Origin: Bacteroidia bacterium
GTDB lineage: Bacteria > Bacteroidota > Bacteroidia > UKL13-3
NCBI GenBank assembly: GCA_049243005.1
Contig: JBMLOK010000424.1
Span: forward strand, 9,689 to 53,639
Length of the DNA stretch: 43,951 nt
Direction: 5' to 3'
How positions within the stretch are numbered: position 1 is the stretch's first letter; every line of letters begins with the position of its first letter. Of this stretch, positions 1-10,014 are shown piece by piece. A program made the translations under genes and the position numbers. Below the pieces are notes generated by a model. The model was not told the origin of the DNA and did no database searches. It worked only from the letters and a program-made list of their open reading frames with translations.

Positions 1-38
1 GGCCTCATTTATTCGCTTTTGATTTTTTTCAAAGGTGC

Positions 39-1601
39 TTATGAATTCGGCTCAGCTACTTCTTCTTGTTTCTCAGAACCATTCTTCTCAGGCCTCATTT
101 GAGGGAAGAAAAGCACATCCTGAATGGAAACTTCATTGGTCATCAGCATACAAAGTCTGTCAATTCCAATTCCGATTCCGGCTGTTGGTGGCATTCCGTA
201 TTCCAAAGCTCTTAAAAAGTCATGATCAATAAACATAGCTTCATCATCGCCTCTTTCCATCAGTTTTACCTGGTCTTCAAATCTTTCTCTTTGGTCGATT
301 GGATCGTTTAATTCAGAATAGGCATTGGCAATTTCTTTACCATTAACCATCAACTCAAATCTTTCTACTAAACCTTCTTTCGAACGGTGTTTTTTGGTTA
401 AAGGACTCATTTCAACCGGATAATCGATGATAAATGTTGGTTGAATAAATGTTCCTTCACATTTTTCGCTGAACAATTCATCAATTAGTTTTCCTTTACC
501 CATTGAAGCCTCCACTTGTATATGAAGTTTTTTACAAACCTCACGTAGTTCATCCTCATTCATTTCACTCACATCAATTCCTGTATTTTCTTTGATGGCA
601 TCGAAAATACTGATTCTTTTGAATGGAGCTTTGAAATTCAAGGTTTTATCTCCACATGGAACTTCTGTTGTGCCATGTAAAGCAATGGCGGTGGTCTCCA
701 ACATTTTTTCAGTGAAGTCCATCATCCAATAGTAATCTTTGTAAGCTACGTAAAATTCTAAAATGGTGAATTCAGGATTATGAGTTCTATCCATTCCTTC
801 ATTTCTGAAGTTTCTGCTGAATTCATAAACCCAATCAAAACCGCCAACAATTAATCTTTTTAAGTATAACTCATTTGCAATCCTTAAATAGAAAGGCACA
901 TCTAAGGCATTGTGGTGAGTGATAAATGGCTTAGCTGCCGCGCCTCCTGGTATATTTTGTAAAACTGGAGTATCGACCTCTAGAGCTCCATGGTTATTTA
1001 AGAAATCTCTGATGGTTTTAATCATCAAAGTTCTTTTCATGAATGTATCTTTAACCTGTGGATTTACAATTAAATCGGCATAACGTTGTCTGTATCTGAA
1101 TTCAGGGTCAGTTACTGCATCAAATGTTTCTCCTTCTTTTTCTTTTACAATTGGAAGTGGACGAAGTGCTTTGCTAAGAATTTGTAATTCCTTTGCATGA
1201 ATTGAAGTTTCTCCGGTTTTTGTTGTAAAAACATACCCTTTAACTCCAATAATATCGCCAATATCTAAAAGTTTTTTGAAAACTACATCGTAAAGTGATT
1301 TGTCTTCTCCCGTGCAAATATCATCTCTTCTAACATAAAGCTGAGACCTTCCTGCATCATCCTGAATTACAACGAAAGCAGCTTTACCCATGTCTCTAAC
1401 ACTCATGATACGGCCGGCAACACAAACTTCCTTCCACTTGTCATCTTCCTTATTTTCAGGGAATTCTGCCTTTATTTGAGCAGATAAAAAGTTAACTGGA
1501 TATTGTTCGGCAGGGTAGGGATTGATTCCCATTGCCAATAAGTCTGTAAGTTTCTGACGGCGTAATCTTTCCGGTTCGCTTAAGTGAATGTTTGCTTCCA
1601 T
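39..1601 (-). CDS. lysS: lysine--tRNA ligase, class II
   Basis: 520-aa ORF. It has an N-terminal OB-type anticodon-binding region and class II catalytic motifs (FRNEGMDRTHNPEFT; GIGIGIDRLCMLMT). The overall LysRS-like sequence is recognisable along the full length. Confidence 0.95.
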   Translation of the reverse strand: MEANIHLSEPERLRRQKLTDLLAMGINPYPAEQYPVNFLSAQIKAEFPENKEDDKWKEVCVAGRIMSVRDMGKAAFVVIQDDAGRSQLYVRRDDICTGEDKSLYDVVFKKLLDIGDIIGVKGYVFTTKTGETSIHAKELQILSKALRPLPIVKEKEGETFDAVTDPEFRYRQRYADLIVNPQVKDTFMKRTLMIKTIRDFLNNHGALEVDTPVLQNIPGGAAAKPFITHHNALDVPFYLRIANELYLKRLIVGGFDWVYEFSRNFRNEGMDRTHNPEFTILEFYVAYKDYYWMMDFTEKMLETTAIALHGTTEVPCGDKTLNFKAPFKRISIFDAIKENTGIDVSEMNEDELREVCKKLHIQVEASMGKGKLIDELFSEKCEGTFIQPTFIIDYPVEMSPLTKKHRSKEGLVERFELMVNGKEIANAYSELNDPIDQRERFEDQVKLMERGDDEAMFIDHDFLRALEYGMPPTAGIGIGIDRLCMLMTNEVSIQDVLFFPQMRPEKNGSEKQEEVAEPNS

Positions 1602-1648
1602 AATTTAAAAGTTCGCGAAAATACGACCTTAAGTTTGATACAAAAAAT

Positions 1649-1996
1649 CTAATTCATTAAAGGTTTCCTAAGAAATCCTCTAACTGATTTGTAATTGATA
1701 GATTTACAATGATCATTTGGGTCGATTGAAGAGCTTAACATCAATACTGGAGTTTTGTTTCCTGAATTTTCTAGTTCATTCAGGAATTCCCAGCCATTCA
1801 TACCGGGCATATTTATATCAAGTAGAATTAAATCAATTCTACTCGATTTTAAATGCTCCAATGCTTCATGTGCATTGGTAAAGTCCATAATTTCTAAAGT
1901 TGGATTTATTTTTTGTAAAAGCCTTTTGGTAACCAAATTATTAATTGGGTCATCATCTACAAGAATAACCTTTCCGTTTTTATCACTTATAATCAT
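1649..1996 (-). CDS. single-domain response regulator (receiver only, CheY-like)
   Basis: 115 aa. Acidic pocket VILVDDDP, phospho-acceptor context DLILLDINMPGMNGWEF, conserved Lys in LRKP, and no output domain. Confidence 0.85.
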   Translation of the reverse strand: MIISDKNGKVILVDDDPINNLVTKRLLQKINPTLEIMDFTNAHEALEHLKSSRIDLILLDINMPGMNGWEFLNELENSGNKTPVLMLSSSIDPNDHCKSINYKSVRGFLRKPLMN

Positions 1997-2024
1997 AATT
2001 TGGTCTCTTTCTTTTAGAAATAAA

Positions 2025-4040
2025 TTATGGTTTTACATAAATCTTGGTTGCATCTCTGTATCCAGATTTGCTTTGGTACCAATCGGTATAACTTGAACCA
2101 CCACTTTGAGCCCAAGAAGCAAATCTTAAATGAGCTAAAACAATCTGTGTTTTTTCCCATGGATAAGCAAATCTTTCAGGAATTGCTATGGCAAATGGAA
2201 GGTTATTTCTGGTTTTATAATAGATACCTTTTGAAGGTGTTGTAGCATCTGAATTTGTTCCTAATATAGCACTATTAACCAATGAAGTTGGAGTTTGACC
2301 GGTTAAATGAACCTCATATCCTCTTCCTTTTCCAGGTTCATCCACATAAATAAATGGATTGAAATTACCCAAGGTGATATTTTTTGAATTAGTTAAAGTT
2401 ATTGTACTGTTGATGGTATCAGTTTCAGTGTATTTTACTCCAACATTGGTATTATAACCCGAAATAATTGCCTTTGAATTACTGAAAACTTTTAGAATGG
2501 CTTTTGTTGAACCTTCTTCTATTCCTAGGCCGTTTCCGGTTACAGATGCTACTTCAGAAACATTAAATGGCATTTCAACACTAAATCCATTTCTGAACAC
2601 ACCACCTGCAGCTCTAAGTTTATATTTTGCTTTAATATCTTTTGTTCTGTTAGCTGCATCAGTTACAGCTTGGTATTGGAAATCAACCACTACATCATTC
2701 AAATCATAATCGCCTTTGCTTGGCCATAAGTCTTCGAATGCAACTGTAGCAAATGTGTTTTGATTTGGGTAATATACATTATAAGCTCTAGCTGGATCAC
2801 TTGGATATTCATCAAATTCATCATCAACGGAATCTCCATCTGTATCTTTTGCTTGGGTTGTAGGAACACAATTTTCTTTTTCTACGGCTTTAACAGGGTT
2901 TGCAGTTGCATATACAATTGCATCATTAAAATCTTCATCTGAGCCGCCATTACTTCTTACCAAATCTTCAAATCCAATTAAAAATCTTTCAGTTGGATTA
3001 TCATATAATAAAACAACATGTTCTGCTTTTGCAGGATTCGATTCAGGATTAAGTTCTTTAATTGTAGTATATAAATTCAATCCCATTCCAACTGTTCTGT
3101 TTGAACCGTTCCAACCATTGGCTGCAATTGCAAATCCAATGCAAGTATCAGCTCCAAATCTTCCAATGTATACTTTATCACCAGAAACCATAGAACCACC
3201 ACTACCACTAAATGAAGCATTTGGGAAAATGTGGTAGAATGAATCAATTTGGGAGATATTGGTTGGTTTGTTGTTTTTATTGTAAACAAAAAACATCAAT
3301 GAATTTTGATAACCAGCACCTTCAGCCACAAAAGTCACCCAAACATCACACATTTCTTTTAAAATCAAATTTCGCTCTTTATTACTTGCTAAGTATTCAG
3401 GATTGAATTGAGGAACAGGTCTTCTTTCAGGTAAAGAAACATTCACATCATTTAAGAATGATTGTGAAATATTATCTCTGCTTGGCATTAAATAATTTGG
3501 TCTTCCATTGTTATCCCATGTACCTAATTTTCTAGAAAATTTGCTTGCATTTTTACCTAAAGGAGCTATAGGATAATTCTTTCTTGTATCAGCAGTTACC
3601 AATCTTTGCGGAGCTGAACCACCAATATTTGCGTTTAATTTACCACCTTGAATAGTTCCTATCAGGTTATTAGGTAATCCTAAAAAATCTGTATTAATTA
3701 TAACCTCTGTTACACTTGTTGGAAGTTCTTTTGATACTTCAACATATCCATTGGCATCACTAATTCCGGTTAAATAAATAATACCACCATCTTCCGGTGA
3801 TTTATCCATAAAATCTACTCTAATACCCTTTAATGGTTGATCATTATTGGTTAATAGTTGAACTTTAAAATCAACATTTCGGGTAGTTTTGTAATCAAAA
3901 CCATCAGGCACAATCATATCGTTAATGTCGGTAACAAACTCTTGTGGAGTTTTATTGCCATTGTCAACCTGGTTTTCTAAAGTTTTTCTACAAGAAACCA
4001 AACTTGCTGCGATTGAAAGGATTAGGATATACTTTTTCAT
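2025..4040 (-). CDS. LruC-domain lipoprotein with Ca-binding thrombospondin-type-3-like repeat (DUF4842/DUF4114-like)
   Basis: The ORF is open to 4073, but the internal start at 4040 gives a lipoprotein signal MKKYILILSIAASLVSC. Motifs include DTDGDSVDDEFDEYPSDP, DYDLNDVVVDF and DEDFNDAIVYA. Family assignment is from memory of these motifs. Confidence 0.7.
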   Translation of the reverse strand: MKKYILILSIAASLVSCRKTLENQVDNGNKTPQEFVTDINDMIVPDGFDYKTTRNVDFKVQLLTNNDQPLKGIRVDFMDKSPEDGGIIYLTGISDANGYVEVSKELPTSVTEVIINTDFLGLPNNLIGTIQGGKLNANIGGSAPQRLVTADTRKNYPIAPLGKNASKFSRKLGTWDNNGRPNYLMPSRDNISQSFLNDVNVSLPERRPVPQFNPEYLASNKERNLILKEMCDVWVTFVAEGAGYQNSLMFFVYNKNNKPTNISQIDSFYHIFPNASFSGSGGSMVSGDKVYIGRFGADTCIGFAIAANGWNGSNRTVGMGLNLYTTIKELNPESNPAKAEHVVLLYDNPTERFLIGFEDLVRSNGGSDEDFNDAIVYATANPVKAVEKENCVPTTQAKDTDGDSVDDEFDEYPSDPARAYNVYYPNQNTFATVAFEDLWPSKGDYDLNDVVVDFQYQAVTDAANRTKDIKAKYKLRAAGGVFRNGFSVEMPFNVSEVASVTGNGLGIEEGSTKAILKVFSNSKAIISGYNTNVGVKYTETDTINSTITLTNSKNITLGNFNPFIYVDEPGKGRGYEVHLTGQTPTSLVNSAILGTNSDATTPSKGIYYKTRNNLPFAIAIPERFAYPWEKTQIVLAHLRFASWAQSGGSSYTDWYQSKSGYRDATKIYVKP

Positions 4041-4206
4041 AATTTTTATTGTATGAAACATATTTAATGCCAATTTTTAAATACTTGCAATTCAATATGT
4101 TGGACTTTCTAATTCTTCTTAATTTGGGAAAATTTAAGGATTGTTTTTCCCATTTTGAATTTAGGTTCAAGTTAAACTAAATTGTTTATTTATTTACTAT
4201 TTCTGC

Positions 4207-5697
4207 TTAATTATTCATTAATTTCAAAGTAGCCAATCCGTTTTTGGCTTCCTGATGAATACTCTGTTTGTATTCGTAATTTTTGAAATTTAATACTTTG
4301 TTATAGTATGTTTTTGATTGAATTAAATCTCCATTTCTCTCACTAATATAAGCAATCTGTAAACAAGCATTTGGGAGAAAATAGGTTGGAGGAGGGCTTT
4401 GGAAATCTAAGCAGAGTTTATAATGATACCTGGCTTTGGCATCCATTTCTAATTCATGATAATTACGTGCCTGCCTGTATTCAAATTCTATTTTTTGATA
4501 GGTTGATTTTAATTCAGAAACAGAAATAGTTTGGCAAACTTGTAATGATTTTTTAAACAATCCGGCATCGGAATATAATCTGGCTTTTAAAAGGTTTTTA
4601 TTTGGATAAATTCCATTTTCTATGTCTTTACTTACAATACTTTCTTCAATCGATTGCTGATTCAGTTTTAATGATAAAGCCCTGTATACCTTATATTTTT
4701 CAAGGTTCCCTGTTAAAAGAGAATACCAGGATAGTTTGCGATAAGCATCCTTTTTTAAAAAGTTAGAGCTCGAAAATGTAACATGTTTTTTCAACCATAC
4801 ATCGCCATCCATTTCCATTAAATTGAGTTTTGCAGAACCCATTAAGTAATCAAATGTACTTATCTGTTCGAATTCCAAACTTTGTGGTTTTTTACTAATT
4901 ACTTTAATACATTCTTCAGATTGAAAACATTTTTCTGCGGTAAATGCTCTTAAATAAGCTTCAGTTATACTTTCCTGGTAATTTAATGTATGGTTTTTTA
5001 CAAAATCCCAGGTTGCTTTTTTGCTTTTCCCAAAATTTAACATCAAGTAGGAGTATGCGAAAATTGCTTCTGAATGTTCTACTTTTAAATCGGTTTTAGG
5101 TTTACTTTTTTGAATAAAATCAACCAAAATATTCATTCCTTCCTTAAAATTTCCATCTAAACCAATCGACCTTAATGCCCATTTGTATTGATCGGGAAAG
5201 GTGCCAATTGCAGCGTAAAGTAGTCCGTAATTTTTCTGGTTTGTTAAATTACCGGGTTCCTTATCTCTTACTAATTTACTATACTTAAATGCTGCTCTGA
5301 AATTGAGTGCTGCACCTATGTATTCATTAAAAACAATTTTCGCAAAACCTGATTGAAGTTCAAATTGAGAAAGAGATATCTGCTTTTGATTGCTAGTAGT
5401 TTCCCAATTATCAAACTCATTAATTCTATCATCCAATTTGGATTTATATTTTGCATAATCACTTTTATTCTGACTTATCAATAACCTATAACATTCAATA
5501 TAATTTAGGTAATACAAACTTGCCAGGTTATCCGGGTTTTGTTTGATTTCTTCCTTAATTAAGGTTTCAGCGGGAATAAGTCTTAAAGTAGATATATGTT
5601 CCTGAGCTATTAATAATCGTTTTGTAAGTTCATAATATTTTGCGGCACCAACATTTATACTGCTGAACAATAGTGAAATAAGAAGAAATTTTTTCAT
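4207..5697 (-). CDS. secreted all-alpha / TPR-like protein of unknown function
   Basis: The ORF is open to 5724, but its first 9 codons overlap the terminator hairpin of the upstream gene. Met10 (5697) gives the signal peptide MKKFLLISLLFSSINVGAA. The composition is helical-repeat-like and no catalytic motif was recognised. Confidence 0.6.
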   Translation of the reverse strand: MKKFLLISLLFSSINVGAAKYYELTKRLLIAQEHISTLRLIPAETLIKEEIKQNPDNLASLYYLNYIECYRLLISQNKSDYAKYKSKLDDRINEFDNWETTSNQKQISLSQFELQSGFAKIVFNEYIGAALNFRAAFKYSKLVRDKEPGNLTNQKNYGLLYAAIGTFPDQYKWALRSIGLDGNFKEGMNILVDFIQKSKPKTDLKVEHSEAIFAYSYLMLNFGKSKKATWDFVKNHTLNYQESITEAYLRAFTAEKCFQSEECIKVISKKPQSLEFEQISTFDYLMGSAKLNLMEMDGDVWLKKHVTFSSSNFLKKDAYRKLSWYSLLTGNLEKYKVYRALSLKLNQQSIEESIVSKDIENGIYPNKNLLKARLYSDAGLFKKSLQVCQTISVSELKSTYQKIEFEYRQARNYHELEMDAKARYHYKLCLDFQSPPPTYFLPNACLQIAYISERNGDLIQSKTYYNKVLNFKNYEYKQSIHQEAKNGLATLKLMNN

Positions 5698-5707
5698 AGA
5701 GGTGCGC

Positions 5708-5733
5708 AAAAAAAAAAGCCGCAAAATGCGGCT
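5708..5733 (-). terminator. rho-independent terminator after the zinc-ribbon gene
   Basis: Stem AGCCGC (5717-5722) and GCGGCT (5728-5733) around loop AAAAT. The A10 run on the + strand gives a U-run on the minus transcript. Confidence 0.6.
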
Positions 5734-5753
5734 TAAATATAAATTTTATTTGT

Positions 5754-6518
5754 TTAGATTTTAATATCATCAACAATTTCATCAGAAAGACCAGAATCGA
5801 TTAAAACTCTACCACAGTTTTCGCAAACGATGATTTTCTTTCTTTGTTTGATATCACTCTGACGTTGAGGAGGAATTCCTGCAAAACATCCACTGCAACT
5901 ATCTCTTTGGATGTTTGCAACTCCGATGCCATTTTTTACCCCTCTTCTAATTCTTTCGTAAGATGAAACCAAACGCTCATCAGCAACAGTAACAGCAGTA
6001 GCACGAACTTTTAATAATTCTTGCTCTTCTTTTTCTGTTTCGTTGATGATATTATCTAATTCACCTTTTTTGTTTTTCAAATCTGTTTTTCTTCCTTCTA
6101 AATCACTTTGAAGATTGTCTAAAGAAGATTTTTTCTGCTCAATGTCGAACTGAATATTTTTGATTCTTTTTTCAGCAGCCATTTGCTCAAGTCCTTGAAT
6201 TTCAATCTCTTTTGTTAGAGCTTCGTATTCACGATTGTTTTTAACATTCTCTAATTGCTTTTCGTACTTTTTTACAAGTGCTTTAGCATCAACAATTTTG
6301 TTTTTGTTAACAGAGATGCTTTCATCCATTTTTTTGATTTCGGCCTGAACATTTCCTAGTCTGGTTTCGTAACCTGCAATTTCGTCTTCAAGGTCGGATA
6401 CTTCCATTGGAAGTTCTCCGCGTACTGAACGAAGGTTATCTATTTTAGAATCAATTAATTGGAGCTTGTACAAAGCTTTCAATTTTTGTTCAATGCTGAT
6501 TTCTGTTGCGCCTGCCAT
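5754..6518 (-). CDS. coiled-coil protein with C-terminal C4 zinc ribbon (COG1579-type)
   Basis: 254 aa with a long heptad-rich region, then CSGC...x...CENCGR. It is the conserved neighbour of the Nif3-family gene. Confidence 0.8.
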   Translation of the reverse strand: MAGATEISIEQKLKALYKLQLIDSKIDNLRSVRGELPMEVSDLEDEIAGYETRLGNVQAEIKKMDESISVNKNKIVDAKALVKKYEKQLENVKNNREYEALTKEIEIQGLEQMAAEKRIKNIQFDIEQKKSSLDNLQSDLEGRKTDLKNKKGELDNIINETEKEEQELLKVRATAVTVADERLVSSYERIRRGVKNGIGVANIQRDSCSGCFAGIPPQRQSDIKQRKKIIVCENCGRVLIDSGLSDEIVDDIKI

Positions 6519-6521
6519 GTT

Positions 6522-7622
6522 TTAAATATAATAGTTTACAGGGTTAGTGTGTGTAAATGATAAAAGGACCGCAAAATTAGGAAATTTTTTGACAATCAAG
6601 TCGCTTAGTAAATCTTTCGTGTATTTTTCGCTTTCAAAATGACCAATATCTGCGATTAAAATGCGATTTTCTGCATCAAAAAACTCGTGATATTTAAAAT
6701 CTGCACTTACAAATGCCTGAGCACCAGATGATATAGCTTTTTTTGTCAAAAAACTTCCGGCTCCACCACAAACTGCAATTTTATTAATTTTTTGATTACT
6801 TAATTTTGTGAACCTGATTAGTTTAAGCTCCATTTTAACTTTTAAGAATTCTAAAAACTCATTTTCGTCCATTTCTTTAGGTAAATTTCCAATAATTCCT
6901 GAACCCGTTTCCTGATTTTCATTCAATAAAGGAATTATTTGATAAGCAACCTCCTCATATGGATGAGCATTTTTTAAGGATTTTAGTACTGCCGATTTTA
7001 AATAAACCGGAAATATCAACTCAATTCTGGTTTCAGGTTCAAAATGTGTCGTACCTTTTTCTCCTACAAACGGATTTGTATTTTCATTTCCTCTAAAACT
7101 GCCAATTCCTTCGCTGCTAAAACTGCATTCTTCGTAATTTCCTACTTTTCCGGCACCTGCATCAAACATGGCTTTTTTTACATTATTTGCATGTGAATGA
7201 GGAGCATAAGTTATAAGTTTTACCAGATTGCCCGACTTTTTTTCTAAGATTTCAGTATTTGTAAGTCCTAATTTTTCTGCAATTTTTGAACTAACTCCAC
7301 CAAGTATATTATCTAAATTGGTATGAATTGCATAAATAGCAATATCGTGTTTGATAGCTTTTATGACGGTTCTTTCAATATAGTTTTTACCTGTTAATTT
7401 TTTAATTCCTGAGAAAATAATTGGATGATGACAAATGATAAGGTTACAATTCCTTTCAATGGCTTCTTCTACAACTTCTTCTGTACAATCTAAGCTGACA
7501 AGAATTGAACTGATTTGTTTAAGTTGATCTCCTATCAATAAACCGGAATTGTCGTATGATTCCTGTAAATATGGATTAGCTACAGAATCTAAATAATTAC
7601 AAATATCTTGAACAGTTGCCAT
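6522..7622 (-). CDS. Nif3-like dinuclear metal centre protein (YbgI / GTP cyclohydrolase 1 type 2 family)
   Basis: 366 aa with family-typical N-terminal (DNSGLLIGD, ICHHPIIF) and C-terminal (ADIGHFESE) halves and an inserted PII-like middle domain. Confidence 0.85.
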   Translation of the reverse strand: MATVQDICNYLDSVANPYLQESYDNSGLLIGDQLKQISSILVSLDCTEEVVEEAIERNCNLIICHHPIIFSGIKKLTGKNYIERTVIKAIKHDIAIYAIHTNLDNILGGVSSKIAEKLGLTNTEILEKKSGNLVKLITYAPHSHANNVKKAMFDAGAGKVGNYEECSFSSEGIGSFRGNENTNPFVGEKGTTHFEPETRIELIFPVYLKSAVLKSLKNAHPYEEVAYQIIPLLNENQETGSGIIGNLPKEMDENEFLEFLKVKMELKLIRFTKLSNQKINKIAVCGGAGSFLTKKAISSGAQAFVSADFKYHEFFDAENRILIADIGHFESEKYTKDLLSDLIVKKFPNFAVLLSFTHTNPVNYYI

Positions 7623-7624
7623 AA

Positions 7625-8266
7625 TTATTTCTTTTCAGCATACAAAAATTCTGCAAAGCCCATCAAGTCCCAAAAAACTCCACCCGGAATAAATTTATAC
7701 TTGATAAACTCTGTCACAATTGTTATTGGTAATAAAACAATGTATGGCCAATATCTTCTTGTACCTTTTTTTAGGATGGTAAAATGATTGTTTTCCAAAA
7801 CCTTACTAATTTCAGGAACACTGTAAATTCTTACATGAGTGGGGTCGTCGTAAAAATTTAAGGTTCTTTTCATACTTGGTAATTTGGTGCTCTTTTCACC
7901 AGGATACTCAATATAAATTTTGCCGCCTTTTTTTAGCTTTTTAACAAGTCCTTCAATCACCAAATCACCATTAAATAAATGTTCTATAATATGACTCATG
8001 ATGATTACATCAAAAAATGAATCAGGAATTTCATCAAATTGAAGTTTTGTTAAATCCATTTGATAAAACCCTTTCATGGCTTTAAAATCATTCTCATCAT
8101 TTTCATATTCCTTGGTAATATCAATTCCATAGTAATTACATTTCGGAAATATGCTTTGAGTTTTTGTAGCGCTATGACTTCCTGCTCCAACATCTAATAA
8201 GTTGAATTCCTGACTTTTGAAACTGCCAGGAAGGAATCTGAATTTATGAGGTATAATGAGTGCCAT
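7625..8266 (-). CDS. class I SAM-dependent methyltransferase
   Basis: 213 aa with SAM-binding motif I (LLDVGAGS) and a post-I acidic residue (YGIDI). It abuts the GT2 gene with no gap. Confidence 0.75.
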   Translation of the reverse strand: MALIIPHKFRFLPGSFKSQEFNLLDVGAGSHSATKTQSIFPKCNYYGIDITKEYENDENDFKAMKGFYQMDLTKLQFDEIPDSFFDVIIMSHIIEHLFNGDLVIEGLVKKLKKGGKIYIEYPGEKSTKLPSMKRTLNFYDDPTHVRIYSVPEISKVLENNHFTILKKGTRRYWPYIVLLPITIVTEFIKYKFIPGGVFWDLMGFAEFLYAEKK

Positions 8267-9082
8267 TTATTTTGAAGCCAGTTGTTTGTTGAATTTTATT
8301 TTTCGATAAAGCTGAAATATCGTTGAATTACTAAAGTTGCGAATAATTTTTACTTTTATCCAAAGTAGGGGATAAAATAAATGGTTTTTGAAAGAAACTA
8401 AAAATGGAAAATGTTTTTTCCCAAAATCTAGGTATTCTCTATAACCAGCCATTCTTTTATGATAGGTTGTTCCCTGAATATCATAAAATGCAATAACCAT
8501 ATCAATGAATGTACAGGCATTAGACTTTGCTTTAAATAAGCGCGCAAACCATTCTGTATCTGCAGCTAATTTGTATTTTGTATTAAAAAGCCCAATTTCA
8601 TCAAACAAAGCTTTTTTACTAAATGTAGCCTGGTGACAAATTGGATATTTTGTGTAAAAATCCTTTAGTTCTATAGGTTCTCCGGTTATATAATCTACGC
8701 CGGTTGGTTCATTTTTTGTTTGAACTTTTCCATATATAAAATCTGATTTTGCTAAATCCAGATTACTAAATAATGAGCTTAAAACCTGATTATTATAAAA
8801 AGAATCACCTGCATTTAAAAAGTAAAGCCATTCCCCATTTGCTGCTAAAATCCCTTTATTCATTGCATCGTAAATGCCTTTGTCTTTTTCTGAAATGATA
8901 TATCCAATTTTGGAATCGAATTTCCTGGCGATTTCCAAAGTTTTATCTGAGGAACCTCCATCGATGATAATAAACTCAAAATCTTGAAAATCTTGTGACA
9001 TTGCCGATTGAAGGCTTTGTTCAAGTACTTTTTCTGCGTTATAACAAACTGTAATTAGACTTAATTTAGGGGAATTACTCAT
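8267..9082 (-). CDS. glycosyltransferase family 2
   Basis: 271 aa: LSLITVCYNAEKVLEQSLQS...IIIDGGSSD...FLNAGD, a GT-A fold with a DxD-like motif. Confidence 0.85.
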   Translation of the reverse strand: MSNSPKLSLITVCYNAEKVLEQSLQSAMSQDFQDFEFIIIDGGSSDKTLEIARKFDSKIGYIISEKDKGIYDAMNKGILAANGEWLYFLNAGDSFYNNQVLSSLFSNLDLAKSDFIYGKVQTKNEPTGVDYITGEPIELKDFYTKYPICHQATFSKKALFDEIGLFNTKYKLAADTEWFARLFKAKSNACTFIDMVIAFYDIQGTTYHKRMAGYREYLDFGKKHFPFLVSFKNHLFYPLLWIKVKIIRNFSNSTIFQLYRKIKFNKQLASK

Positions 9083-9201
9083 TAAAATTTAGGGCAATTA
9101 CATTTTTTGTCTCTAAAAATTCCTTTTTTACTGCACGATGCTGTTCCTAACAAAATGCTACCTAAACAAAGCAATAAAATTATTCTTGAAATTCTTTTCA
9201 T
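9082..9201 (-). CDS. candidate 39-aa lipoprotein-like peptide (below the ORF-track cutoff)
   Basis: My own translation is MKRISRIILLLCLGSILLGTASCSKKGIFRDKKCNCPKF. It shows a basic n-region, a hydrophobic core and a Cys in lipobox-like context. Its stop overlaps the GT2 start by 1 nt (TAATG). Confidence 0.4.
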   Translation of the reverse strand: MKRISRIILLLCLGSILLGTASCSKKGIFRDKKCNCPKF

Positions 9202-9372
9202 GATTAACAAAGGTAAATAAAACAAAATAAAAACGGCTTTTGATTCAAATAAGTGCCCAAAACTTGCATTAGTAAGTCATTTTAAACTCAAAATATACTG
9301 TGTATGAGTTAATTGTTCATTTAATATGGTTAAATCTGATACTTTGCTTAAAATTGCCACTTTGTCTAAATT

Positions 9373-10014
9373 ATGGAATTAATCGATTTTATTTTACATT
9401 TTGATAAACATCTTCAGGATTTTATCAATGCTTATGGAGTTTTAGTTTATGGATTATTGTTTCTGATTGTATTTATGGAAACAGGTTTAGTTGTAACTCC
9501 ATTTTTACCAGGTGATTCTTTACTTTTTGCCGCAGGTGCATTGGCTGCTAATCCTGTAAATGGATTAAATATCTTTTTGATAATTATTCTATTGATTTTA
9601 GCTGCTTTATGTGGTGATAACTCAAATTATTTTATTGGAAAGTTTTTAGCTAAAAAAGGTGAAGGAGCTAAGCTTTTCGGGATTTTTACCATTAGAAAAG
9701 ACTATTTAGACAAAACACATCAGTTTTATGAAAAACATGGTGCCCGTACTATTATAATTGCGCGTTTTGTGCCTATTGTTAGAACATTTGCTCCATTTGT
9801 TGCAGGTGTAGGAAACATGGATTACAAAAAATACATCAGTTTTTGTATTGGTGGTGCTATTTTATGGGTTACTTCAATTTCATTAGCAGGATATTTCTTT
9901 GGAAGTTTACCATGGATTCAGGCAAATTTTGAAAAGGTTGTTTTTGGCATCATTTTGGTATCTTTGGTTCCTGTTGCCATTGAATTTGTTAAACATAAAA
10001 GAGCAAGTAATTAG
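9373..10014 (+). CDS. DedA / VTT-domain inner-membrane protein
   Basis: 213 aa with the family motif FMETGLVVTPFLPGDSLLFAAGALA and multiple TM segments. Confidence 0.85.
   Translation: MELIDFILHFDKHLQDFINAYGVLVYGLLFLIVFMETGLVVTPFLPGDSLLFAAGALAANPVNGLNIFLIIILLILAALCGDNSNYFIGKFLAKKGEGAKLFGIFTIRKDYLDKTHQFYEKHGARTIIIARFVPIVRTFAPFVAGVGNMDYKKYISFCIGGAILWVTSISLAGYFFGSLPWIQANFEKVVFGIILVSLVPVAIEFVKHKRASN

Noticed and set aside
35-4170. Track ORFs 35-232 (+), 1755-2096 (+), 2027-2245 (+), 2497-2709 (+), 2760-2942 (+), 3077-3289 (-), 3212-3406 (+) and 3988-4170 (-).
   Set aside because: All are embedded in, or overlap, the strongly supported lysS, receiver or LruC-lipoprotein genes in other frames or on the other strand. 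They are short with low-complexity translations.
9899-9985. ATG at 9899 as the start of the hypothetical protein gene, giving a 116-nt overlap with DedA.
   Set aside because: The overlap is unusually long and would be translated through the DedA C-terminal TM region. In-frame TTG codons at 9974-9986 give a conventional signal peptide. The true start remains uncertain.
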